A stretch of DNA of 64,000 nt from Candidatus Uhrbacteria bacterium. Lineage in GTDB: Bacteria; Patescibacteriota; Patescibacteriia; UBA9934; GWF2-40-263. The stretch lies in contig JAERTI010000020.1 in assembly GCA_016844925.1 (NCBI GenBank), positions 97-64,096 on the forward strand. The letters are read 5' to 3'. The stretch's first letter is position 1. Every line of letters starts with the position of its first letter. Position numbers and translations under genes: made by a program. Positions 8,141 through 16,780 of the stretch are shown here, piece by piece. The notes under the pieces were generated by a model, which saw only the letters and a program-made list of their open reading frames with translations, had not been told where the DNA came from and ran no database searches.

Positions 8141-9661
8141 TCACGAGGCGTGCGTTGCCGTGATGAGCGTTTCTATGTGGGTAATCTGCTGCCGGGCTTG
8201 GGTGTAGCGACCAGAGGGCTTCTTGAGCCTCAGGCGCTTCCCCTCACGTGTGAGCAGGTGCTCTGTCTCGAGCTGGCCGAGGAACTTCTTGAGCTCCCGT
8301 CGGCTTCCAAAGACAGTTCTGCACTGTTTCCAGAGCTTCTTCTCGTCCCGTCCTTCACAGTCGGTGAGCGACCGTGGGAGACGATCTCCGTGTCGGAGGA
8401 ATCCCTCAACGATGATGTGTCGGAGCCGGTCTTCACCCAGCGCTGCAAACGTCGACGTGACGTTCAGCTTGCGCCGCAGGGCGTCGAAGTCGATCTGCTT
8501 GGGCTTGGGAGGCCTGTAGCTGTGGTGGTGACGCTTGTTGCCCGTTGCCTGAGGGGTGGGTTCCTCCGACAAACGCGTGCATGGCTGGGGTGATGGCTTT
8601 GAGGCCATTGAACGCTCCAGCTCTTCTTGCTCAAGCAGCTGCAGGAATTCCCAGTCATCCGCGGTTCCGCCAGCCTCGTGGAAAGCGGACCAGTCTTTGG
8701 GGCGACCAGCATTGTGCCACTCACTGAGAAAGTCTGGGAACGCTTCGGGGCCAATTTTCTCGAGCAAGTCCTTTTCGCCAAGGGTCCGTCTCAGGACCTT
8801 GTCTTCACGTAGGTGACTAGGGGTAGATTCAGCGATCGCCATGATCTCCAGAAACGTCGTGTCCTGCAACAGGCGGACGATCTGGTCCAGCGAGTAGTCA
8901 CGTGTCAGCAGGTGTAGTTGCTTCCATACGAGAAAGAGAGGGGCATTCACTCCCGAGTTCTTGTAGGTCAGCTCCAAGTCCTCAAGGGCTTGGTCGCCAA
9001 GCTCCTGTGCGTAGTCTTCGATCTGCTGCCTCGCTCCCATGGCGATCTTGAGCGTGGCGATGAACAGCGAAACGCTTGCGATCGGTTTTGGGTGCTGAGG
9101 GTACGTCGCGAGACGAGCACGCTCCTGATCTGAGGAGAAGTTGGCCAACTGGTGCGCCACCTGAACGAGTTCAAAGGCACGAAGTGAGGCCTCGGGCATC
9201 TTTTCAAGGACGCGCTCATTGGTTGTGCTGAGGTAATCCGGAGAGAGCTTGACCCATAGGCCGAGATCGCAGAATTCTCTGTAGAGCCGTACGTACATCT
9301 TTGGGTGGCTGTAGGTGAATCCGTACAGCGCAACACCTCCAATGACTTCGAGCATCCTCGTAAGCCTGAGCTCGGTCTTGTCGAGGTCTTCGAGCACGGC
9401 GTTGAGTGTTGTCAGGTACCCGTAGCGGCCAATGGGGCCACGTCGCTTGACCATCCGCTCGAGCATGGCTCTGGCCGCCTTGGCGATTTCACCTTGCAGC
9501 TTGAGTGTGTCCATGTAGGCCCGGATGGTTCCGGGGACGTGTTCGAAGTCTTTATAGTGCTCCAGTTCCATCAGGTAGAAACCTTGGGAGCCTTTACGCA
9601 AACCACGCTCTGCGGGGTTGGCTACGTGCAGGTGCTTAACGTACTTGAGTTTCCGACCCAG
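8141..9661 (-). CDS. Array paralogue 2 (probable CTG start)
   Basis: AAGGAGG-CCCCT-CTG in frame; motifs W..AGRP.D, GGTADDW, TGNKRHH, FLRHGDRL. Confidence 0.78.
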   Translation of the reverse strand: MGRKLKYVKHLHVANPAERGLRKGSQGFYLMELEHYKDFEHVPGTIRAYMDTLKLQGEIAKAARAMLERMVKRRGPIGRYGYLTTLNAVLEDLDKTELRLTRMLEVIGGVALYGFTYSHPKMYVRLYREFCDLGLWVKLSPDYLSTTNERVLEKMPEASLRAFELVQVAHQLANFSSDQERARLATYPQHPKPIASVSLFIATLKIAMGARQQIEDYAQELGDQALEDLELTYKNSGVNAPLFLVWKQLHLLTRDYSLDQIVRLLQDTTFLEIMAIAESTPSHLREDKVLRRTLGEKDLLEKIGPEAFPDFLSEWHNAGRPKDWSAFHEAGGTADDWEFLQLLEQEELERSMASKPSPQPCTRLSEEPTPQATGNKRHHHSYRPPKPKQIDFDALRRKLNVTSTFAALGEDRLRHIIVEGFLRHGDRLPRSLTDCEGRDEKKLWKQCRTVFGSRRELKKFLGQLETEHLLTREGKRLRLKKPSGRYTQARQQITHIETLITATHAS

Positions 9662-9759
9662 AGGGGCCTCCTTTACTCCTGGGTAGGAGAGAATGAGAAT
9701 AGGGCCTTAGGGGGTTATCGTCAAGGGAATGAAAAAGAAAAAAGAGACTCCGGAGAGTC

Positions 9760-11277
9760 TCAAGTTGCGTACTTCGCCATCAGGCCACGGAGCTGCGTGA
9801 GGAGCTGGTGAGCCTTGGGAAAGCGTGTATTTGGGAGTGCTAGGGAGTAGTTGCCGCGCTTGAAGGTGACTAGATGTGCCTCCAGGAGTGGCCGGAGTTC
9901 TCGAGTGAACTGCTTACGACTACTTGCTTCAACGTGTCCCTTCACCTGTCTCCAGAGCTTCTTGCCATCTCTGGAAGGAAGCTTTGTCCAGTCGGTTGTG
10001 AGGCGGTCACCGTCACGGAGCAAGCCGTACACGAGTACGACTCGCGTCAGTGCTTCGTCCAGATCAGGAAAGTGCGCATGGACGTTGAGCTCGGAGCAGA
10101 GGGCCCCGAAGTCTACGTCTGTGGACTTTTCTGCTGGGATGAAGTTCGCGTGATGCCGTTTTCGACCGGTGGGGGTCTGGTTTGGTCGGACAGGGGTCGC
10201 TAGTCCTCCTGTGGGCTTTGTGGTTGAGGAGGGTTTTTGCACAGACCGTTGTTGGTCAAGGTGCCTCTCCCAGTCCTGCGCCCGCCCGCCCGCTTCCCAG
10301 AATTCCATGAGGTCACATGGCTTTTCGGCCTTTTCCCATTCTGCGAGCAGTGAACGCATGATCTGGTCGTCCCAGTAAGCGTCTACCAGAAAGCCGGGCT
10401 CGCGGAAGCAAAAGATCAAGGCATCGGGGGTGAGGATCTCGCGTTCAATGAGGGAGAGGGTCATGAAGCAGAACTCAGCTGAGTGCTCTTTCAGCATCTT
10501 GTGAGTAAGACGCTGGGAGAACCCTCTTTGTTTCGCAAGAGCGAAGCGTTCCCAGAGGCGAGTTGTTGTGACCACTTCTTGGTCAAACTTGATCTTCAGG
10601 TCAGGTCCCAACGTTACGTCGAGAGAGGTGATGAGCCTAATGGCCGACAAGAGTGCTTCAAAATCTTGTGGCTCAGGTAGGTTGTGCGGCTCTCTTGTCC
10701 ATCCTTCCTCTTCCGTGTAGTTGCACAGAAGGGCAGAGCTAGCAAGAAGTGCGACGGATTTCGGGTTGAAGTCCGCATCTCCTATATCGAATGCATCAGG
10801 GTGCGCTAAGGCAATTTGATACATACGTTTTGCAAAAGCCGCGAGCTCATGAGAGCTTTTGAATCTCAGGTCCGCCATCGACAGCTTGTGAACGACGCTG
10901 GCGACGATGTTGGGAGTTTCTCCTAAGCAGTCTGTGAGCCGGTCGATCAAGCTGTTGACCGTTCCAAGGAAGCCGTGCTGGTTTTCCGGGCCGTCACCAA
11001 GAGTCATTCTGGTGAAGGCATCGACGACCACCTTCTTCTTGTCTTCAGGGAGCTCAGCATCGCGGAGCCAGTTACGCCACGTTGGAGCGACGAACCGTGG
11101 GTCGAAACCGCAGGATTTCCAGCGTTTGTCTTTCGGCTCCATGTAAATGGTTACGCCTCTAGACAGTCGTTCCTTGCCAAGGATTTCAGCAAGTTCTTCG
11201 GAGGAAGAGATCTTGAGAGAACGGATGTGTGAGAAGCGTTTTTTTGAGTAACGCCGCTTTTTCTGCTTGGTGGGCAT
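9760..11277 (-). CDS. Array paralogue 3
   Basis: Start MPTKQK after AGAAAGG; motifs GGRAQDW, TGRKRHHANF, FPDL, LLRDGDRL, KKLWRQ. Confidence 0.8.
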   Translation of the reverse strand: MPTKQKKRRYSKKRFSHIRSLKISSSEELAEILGKERLSRGVTIYMEPKDKRWKSCGFDPRFVAPTWRNWLRDAELPEDKKKVVVDAFTRMTLGDGPENQHGFLGTVNSLIDRLTDCLGETPNIVASVVHKLSMADLRFKSSHELAAFAKRMYQIALAHPDAFDIGDADFNPKSVALLASSALLCNYTEEEGWTREPHNLPEPQDFEALLSAIRLITSLDVTLGPDLKIKFDQEVVTTTRLWERFALAKQRGFSQRLTHKMLKEHSAEFCFMTLSLIEREILTPDALIFCFREPGFLVDAYWDDQIMRSLLAEWEKAEKPCDLMEFWEAGGRAQDWERHLDQQRSVQKPSSTTKPTGGLATPVRPNQTPTGRKRHHANFIPAEKSTDVDFGALCSELNVHAHFPDLDEALTRVVLVYGLLRDGDRLTTDWTKLPSRDGKKLWRQVKGHVEASSRKQFTRELRPLLEAHLVTFKRGNYSLALPNTRFPKAHQLLTQLRGLMAKYAT

Positions 11278-11285
11278 GTAAGGAG

Positions 11286-11356
11286 CCTTTCTCTTCGCCA
11301 GCTTCCCGGAGGGAGGCGAAGGTATCGACACTATCGAGCTCCTTGATTCATGTCAA
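11286..11356 (-). promoter_or_regulatory. Type-B promoter and leader hairpin (copy 2)
   Basis: Shares exact 14, 19 and 12 nt blocks with 8029-8101. Confidence 0.75.
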
Positions 11357-11399
11357 CAAAAAACTCCGACGCATGGTCGGAGGAGGGAGTCTGGAGGAC

Positions 11400-12947
11400 T
11401 CAGGTATTTGCACAGAGCTTCGTAAGCGCTGTACGCACGTTGAGTGCTCCGTGCGTTGAGTGAGAGTTCGTAGCGATTTGGTACTTACCACCACTCTGCC
11501 GGACGAGTCGGATGGACTCGAGCTGGCGCAACGCGCTGTTGATGTCACGGTCCTGGACCCTACCCAGCTGCCTGACTCGGCTGCGGAGCTTACTGGCCTT
11601 GATCTGCGGCCAGCGGGCCGGCTGCATGAGACGGTCGCCAGAGCGCATGAGGGTCAGCAGGATGGCTGAGACAAGATCTGCATCGTGGTCCGGGAGGTGC
11701 TTGAGCACAATCTCGCGGACCAAGTTGCGGAGCCTGTCCCAATCGGTCTGCGGCTTCTCCTTCGGTGGCTCGAAGTTTCGATGCCGGCGCTTGTTTCCGG
11801 TGGATCGCTGGGGCTTGGGAGGCTTGGCTGCCTGCACCCGAGGGATCCGCGCCCGTTCTCGTCGTCGAGCCTCAAGGAGCCGTCTCTTCTCGGCTTGCGA
11901 GCTCAGGTGCGCTTGCCAGCTCACGCTGGTGCCTCCCTGGCGCAGAAACGCACGGAAGTCATCAGGTCGTCCGGCTTCACTCCAGTGCTCCAGCAGGGCA
12001 ACGACCTCGGTAGGGACGTCCATCTTGATCTCACGCGCGTGGCGCGCAAGGGTTCGGACCTGCTCCTGGTCGAGTGCACCGGTGCTGTACTGGGCGATGA
12101 CATAGAGAACGACCTTCATGGTGCTGTGTTGCACCAGGGAACGGACATCTGTCACGGCGAACCCGTGGTCCGTCAGGATGGTCAGCAGGGACCAGATGCG
12201 TCCAAGGGAAACGGTGTCTGCACCGGCTTCATCGGACAGCGTGTCGTCGGGGCTGAGCACGCGCTCGTCCTGGATGAGAAGATGCACGGCCAAGACGATC
12301 AGTTCAGGGTCGTGCGCCGACAGTACCACCGGAAGGTCTTCTACACCACATGCCCGCAGGTGCTTGATGATGTGGACTAACGCTGTGGTGATGACTTCTG
12401 TGGCATTGATGTCGATCCTGGATTCAGGAATCTCGTTGCGAAGCTGTAGTGGCTTGATGGCCTTGCGGAGCCCTGTGTAGAGACGCTCGTAGTCACCATA
12501 GTGTTCGTACAAGTAGCCGGTACGTTCCATGGCAGCCAGCGAGGTCATCCCCAGTGTGGGGTGCCCGCGGAAGAGTTTGGTAAAGCGCTGGATGAGCCGG
12601 TCGCACCGCCCAAGGAGGGTGGTGCCAGGATGACCCTTCCTGGCAAGGCGCAGCAAGGCGTTGACGCCAAACGTCCTGTACCCAGGGTTGAATTGAGTCA
12701 AATCCGTGAGGAAGTTCCTGATGATCCCGCCCACACAGTTCGGGTGGTTGTAGAGCTTGCGGATCGTCTCACTCGGAGGGAGGACAACAAGCCTTCGCAT
12801 CTCCTTACGAAATTCTTCGTCGGGATCGTCGATCTCACGAGCATCCTTCTCCCAGAAGGTGGGGGTCTCGCTCATGGTCACGAGCTCAGGAATGTCCTGG
12901 ACATCGATGCTCAAGTGCACCAACTTCAGACGGCCAACCTTGGCCAT
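11400..12947 (-). CDS. Array paralogue 4
   Basis: Start MAKVGR after AAGGAG; motifs W.EAGRPDD, GGTSVSW, TGNKRRHRNF, LMRSGDRL, LVRQSGGKY. Confidence 0.8.
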   Translation of the reverse strand: MAKVGRLKLVHLSIDVQDIPELVTMSETPTFWEKDAREIDDPDEEFRKEMRRLVVLPPSETIRKLYNHPNCVGGIIRNFLTDLTQFNPGYRTFGVNALLRLARKGHPGTTLLGRCDRLIQRFTKLFRGHPTLGMTSLAAMERTGYLYEHYGDYERLYTGLRKAIKPLQLRNEIPESRIDINATEVITTALVHIIKHLRACGVEDLPVVLSAHDPELIVLAVHLLIQDERVLSPDDTLSDEAGADTVSLGRIWSLLTILTDHGFAVTDVRSLVQHSTMKVVLYVIAQYSTGALDQEQVRTLARHAREIKMDVPTEVVALLEHWSEAGRPDDFRAFLRQGGTSVSWQAHLSSQAEKRRLLEARRRERARIPRVQAAKPPKPQRSTGNKRRHRNFEPPKEKPQTDWDRLRNLVREIVLKHLPDHDADLVSAILLTLMRSGDRLMQPARWPQIKASKLRSRVRQLGRVQDRDINSALRQLESIRLVRQSGGKYQIATNSHSTHGALNVRTALTKLCANT

Positions 12948-13038
12948 GATTGCTCCTTGGAAAGGGCAGATGATGAGGTTAGCGACGATATGGAGGCGCG
13001 TCAAGGGAGTAGGAAAAGAAAAAGAGAGACGGAGTCTC

Positions 13039-13959
13039 TCAGGGGGTGGAGGATTTGTCTTTGAGGCTGCGGCGGATGCGCAGGCCCAGGACGATCCAGA
13101 CCAGGGGGTTCATGGTGGCCTTGTGGCCGATCTGGGGGAGGGTATGGCTCCACCAGGTGGGGAGCGTGGGCTGCCAGCGCCACAGAGACAGAACGATAAG
13201 AGCCGGCCAAATGACATAGCGCTGCCATCTGGAAGGAACGACCGAATCTGCTGGGCGCGGAGGGCGCGTGTCGCTCTTGTGGGCGACAAGGTCTACGAAC
13301 GAGGCGTTGTGATGAACGAAGACACCGTGGGCTTCGAGGTGCTCGATGGCGCGGTGTGTCTGTGGGAGGTTCTCCGAGTCTGGTTCCATCTCACGTGCCC
13401 CACTGGCCTTGATCACTCGCGCGAGCGCGGAGCCGCGCAGGGGAGTGTTCACGGTGTAGAGCGTGCGGATGTCTCGATCCGGATAGGCCTTGACCAGGTC
13501 CACCAGCTGCCAGATCAAATCGAACCCGCCGTAGCTGAAGCCGATGGCGTACAGCGGACGTTGTCCGGTGTGCTTGCGGAACCACTCACGGTTGAGCGAG
13601 ACGATTTCCGAAGACGGGACAACGTTGCCCGCAAGCGGGGTCTGGATGAACAGGATCCGGTAGCCGAATACTTTGTTCAGGAATACGCCCATGGGCCAGA
13701 CGGTGTAGGGGGTCGTATTGAGACCCACCGCGATGGCGACGTCTGCACGAGCACTCTCGTGATTGAGGATGTAAGGGAAGTGTCCCAGTCGCCACTTTGC
13801 ATACGTACAGATCACCGCCTCCAGCAGGAGGACGGGCAGGTGGGTGATGACGAGTACCGGACCACGGATGGGTCCGAGGATTTCGAATCCTTCGCGCACA
13901 CGGCGCTTCCACTCGCTGAGGAAGGACGTGCCTTCCACATCGATCGAATCTTCTTTCAT
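13039..13959 (-). CDS. Alpha/beta hydrolase (lipase/PGAP1-like)
   Basis: AVGLN, GFSYG nucleophile, TPLRGS, DLV; SD GGAGG before MKEDS. Confidence 0.8.
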   Translation of the reverse strand: MKEDSIDVEGTSFLSEWKRRVREGFEILGPIRGPVLVITHLPVLLLEAVICTYAKWRLGHFPYILNHESARADVAIAVGLNTTPYTVWPMGVFLNKVFGYRILFIQTPLAGNVVPSSEIVSLNREWFRKHTGQRPLYAIGFSYGGFDLIWQLVDLVKAYPDRDIRTLYTVNTPLRGSALARVIKASGAREMEPDSENLPQTHRAIEHLEAHGVFVHHNASFVDLVAHKSDTRPPRPADSVVPSRWQRYVIWPALIVLSLWRWQPTLPTWWSHTLPQIGHKATMNPLVWIVLGLRIRRSLKDKSSTP

Positions 13960-14041
13960 GGCCCCTCCGCGGGTGGATGCTGAGCGTACGATGTCGATGG
14001 TGTCTTGGTCAAGGAGATGGGCTCGTGTACGATAGAAGGGT

Positions 14042-14398
14042 ATGTCTGTAAGTGCTTTTATCCTCGTGGGACTCCACACCTTTTTGGCCTGGGTGCTCAT
14101 CGAAGCGTTTGTAAACCTCTGTCACCGGTTTAGGCGACCGACGTATATCTTCGCCCATTATTCTGTCATCGTGCTGACGTTCGGTGTGCTCTTTTCTGTG
14201 TACTTTAGATTTTTCTCGGAGAAAGCGTCTGTGTTTTGGGTGACGATTTCCGCGCTAGCATTCCTTCTCTTTTACGAACTTGTCGTCTTTCGTTATCTGT
14301 ATAGCGGTGAGCGATGGTTTCTTAACTGGGCCGATTGGATCTTGCCGGTATTTCTGGCCCTGACCACCGTTTACGCTGCAGGAGTTTTTCTAGGTTGA
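14042..14398 (+). CDS. Small 4-TM membrane protein (paralogue of 2524-2883)
   Basis: YELVVFRYLYSGERWFLNWADWILP. Confidence 0.75.
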   Translation: MSVSAFILVGLHTFLAWVLIEAFVNLCHRFRRPTYIFAHYSVIVLTFGVLFSVYFRFFSEKASVFWVTISALAFLLFYELVVFRYLYSGERWFLNWADWILPVFLALTTVYAAGVFLG

Positions 14399-14431
14399 CC
14401 TCCCTGACCAGAGAGGTATCCTATCCCCGCT

Positions 14432-15745
14432 ATGTCTGATGTATTTAAGATTACTGGAGGGGCACCACTCCACGGAGAGATTACGCTTTCTGGTGCAAAA
14501 AATGCGGCTTCAAAAATGATGATTGCCAGCCTGCTTACAGATGAGCAGGTAATTTTGTTTAACGTTCCACGTCAGCGAGAGACGGAGATCACACAGGAGA
14601 TCCTTGAGGCAGTGGGGAGCAAGATCGATTGGAAAGATGACCACACGCTCCATGTGCATACGCCGGAGATTACGGATACGTCCGTGCGTAAGTTGTCACG
14701 ACGAAATCGCATTAGCATTCTTTCGATCGGTCCGCTCTTGCATCGCGCAGGAGAGGCGATCGTTCCTGGTCCTGGGGGATGTCCACTTGGCCCACGTCCG
14801 GTGAACTTTCATATTGAGATTCTTAAACAGATGGGAGCGGAGGTAGAGAATATTGAAGAGGGGTATCACGCCCGCGTGAACGGTCGGCTTCAAGGTGCGG
14901 TGATTGAGCTCGCATATCCTTCTGTCGGAGCGACGGAGACAGCGATCTTGGCTGGTGTGTTGGCTGAAGGCCGAACAACGATTCTGAATGCGGCAGGAGA
15001 GCCTGAGGTGAAGGAGCTTATTATGATGCTCCAGAATATGGGCGCGATCATTCAGGTAAACACTGGGCGTCATATTGAAATTATCGGCGTCGAGAAACTG
15101 CACGGCGTGCGCGCACGCGTGATGCCGGACCGTATGGAGGCTGCGTCGTATGCCTGCATGGCTCTTGGAACTGGTGGAGAGATTTTGGTGCGCGATGCAG
15201 AGCAGGCGCACATGATTACGTTTCTCAATGCTGTGCGAAAGATTGGGGGAGAGTACGAGGTTCGTCCTGACGGGATTTTGTTCCGTGGAACAAAGGGGCT
15301 GAAGGGGCTAGAGATGGAAACGGACACACACCCTGGGTTCATGACCGACTGGCAGCAGCCGTTTGTGGTTGTGCTGACGCAGGCCAAGGGGACAAGTGTG
15401 GTACATGAGACAGTGTATGAGGAGCGGTTTGGGTACACGAAATCGCTCGTGAAGATGGGGGCAGAGGTGACATTATTCAGTAATTGTCTTGGTGAGATCG
15501 AGTGCCGATTTAAAGGGCGTAACTATAAGCACTCAGCAGTGATTACCGGACCAAGGAATTTGAAAGCGGCAGAGGTTGAGGTGCCAGACATCCGCGCGGG
15601 ACTCGCGTTGGTGGTGGCAGCGCTGGTAGCTGATGGAACATCGACCTTGAGCGGGATTCATCACCTGGACCGCGGGTATGAACGGTTGGAGGAGAAGTTG
15701 AGAGGTGTGGGGGCGAAGATTGAACGTGTGAGTGTAAATGAGTAA
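14432..15745 (+). CDS. murA: UDP-N-acetylglucosamine 1-carboxyvinyltransferase
   Basis: GAKNA, PGGCPLGPRP (catalytic Cys), SVGAT, PDRMEA, PGFMTD, DIRAG, RGYE. Confidence 0.97.
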   Translation: MSDVFKITGGAPLHGEITLSGAKNAASKMMIASLLTDEQVILFNVPRQRETEITQEILEAVGSKIDWKDDHTLHVHTPEITDTSVRKLSRRNRISILSIGPLLHRAGEAIVPGPGGCPLGPRPVNFHIEILKQMGAEVENIEEGYHARVNGRLQGAVIELAYPSVGATETAILAGVLAEGRTTILNAAGEPEVKELIMMLQNMGAIIQVNTGRHIEIIGVEKLHGVRARVMPDRMEAASYACMALGTGGEILVRDAEQAHMITFLNAVRKIGGEYEVRPDGILFRGTKGLKGLEMETDTHPGFMTDWQQPFVVVLTQAKGTSVVHETVYEERFGYTKSLVKMGAEVTLFSNCLGEIECRFKGRNYKHSAVITGPRNLKAAEVEVPDIRAGLALVVAALVADGTSTLSGIHHLDRGYERLEEKLRGVGAKIERVSVNE

Positions 15746-15756
15746 ACTAGTTACAT

Positions 15757-16326
15757 ATGGCTAGAGGAGACACAAGAGGACCACGAGATTTTTACTCAGG
15801 ACGGCTCAATGAACGAGATGCCCTTGGGGATTTTAAGCGAACCCCGGCATTTATGCGCGCGTATCGCGCTGCAGCGAATGAGCGCGGGTATGTGAACTAT
15901 CGGCAATCGGTGGAGTTGGTAGAACAGCATTACGAAGGAGACCCAACAAATCCCGCGAAGCCGCTCGCCAATGAATTGCGCATGGCAGTTATAGATGAGT
16001 TGGGACTTGAAACGGATGCTGACATGGATCGCATTAAATTTTTCACGGCCATTGGAACGCCACTCGATCATTTTCATGGGGTTGATGCGTGGATCGAGTT
16101 TGTTCCTGAGGTGGGGCCACCACGACGAGTAACAATTGATGTCACCCTTAACCCAAATAAGGAGACACATAAGGCGGACGTGATTGTTCAAGAATTTCCA
16201 GACCCGTCCGAAAATGAGGAGAGGTTCATGGAGCTTGTTTACGACAAGTATGCTCCGCAATTAGCGGATAAGCTGAGACCTGCGGTGAACATGATGATGC
16301 GACGACGAACACGGAAAGCCTCTTAA
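15757..16326 (+). CDS. Hypothetical protein (possible PD-(D/E)XK-like fold)
   Basis: TPLDHFHGVDAW...VTIDVTLN acidic motif pattern; core-type codon usage. Confidence 0.6.
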   Translation: MARGDTRGPRDFYSGRLNERDALGDFKRTPAFMRAYRAAANERGYVNYRQSVELVEQHYEGDPTNPAKPLANELRMAVIDELGLETDADMDRIKFFTAIGTPLDHFHGVDAWIEFVPEVGPPRRVTIDVTLNPNKETHKADVIVQEFPDPSENEERFMELVYDKYAPQLADKLRPAVNMMMRRRTRKAS

Positions 16327-16426
16327 CAGAAAAAGCGCCTTTGGGCGCTTTTGTCTTTGGAGATGTCTTGACAGGTGCTGATTCTGAGTTTATTCTCAGG
16401 CATCACTCAAACGGAAGGAGGCCGTT

Positions 16427-16747
16427 ATGCGAGTGGTTCGTTCGGTGCGGCGCTCTTCCGCGCCCTTGTGTTCTGTCTGCGATGGTCGTCTCGGCCAGCC
16501 GCCGATCGTGCTGTGCTCGGATTGCGTGCACCCCGATCGCGTCCGTACCTACTGCGCTGCTTGTGAGTGTCGTTTGGATCTCTCTCTGGAGGATGCCAAG
16601 ACGATGTTCTCTGCGGCGGGTTTGCAGGTCCCTCAGACGGGGATTGTGCTCCTGTTCACCAGCGGTTGCCCCAAGTGCGGCGACACGTTCTCTGCTCCCA
16701 CGGTCTTCTCCATGGAGAAGCCGGAGCCCCACGACCCTGTGGCATGA
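16427..16747 (+). CDS. Small Cys-rich zinc-binding protein
   Basis: Four CxxC motifs (CSVC, CSDC, CAAC, CPKC); TTGACA-17-TATTCT promoter; SD AAGGAGG. Confidence 0.7.
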   Translation: MRVVRSVRRSSAPLCSVCDGRLGQPPIVLCSDCVHPDRVRTYCAACECRLDLSLEDAKTMFSAAGLQVPQTGIVLLFTSGCPKCGDTFSAPTVFSMEKPEPHDPVA

Positions 16748-16780
16748 CGCCGCAGGGGTTTTTCTTTATAATGCCTCCGT

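Noticed and set aside
6572-13040. Array spacers as integron attC sites or CRISPR/DGR repeats
   Set aside because: No RYYYAAC/GTTRRRY ends, no regular repeat-spacer period, and no integrase, cas or reverse transcriptase in the window
12757-13983. 408-aa plus-strand ORF, and similar long ORFs at 2856-3818, 5745-6548 and 56274-57110
   Set aside because: Antisense shadows of GC-rich genes that carry clear catalytic motifs and SDs on the other strand
13960-14100. N-terminal extension of the lipase-like ORF
   Set aside because: Overlaps the plus-strand membrane gene; a promoter and SD lie just before ATG 13959
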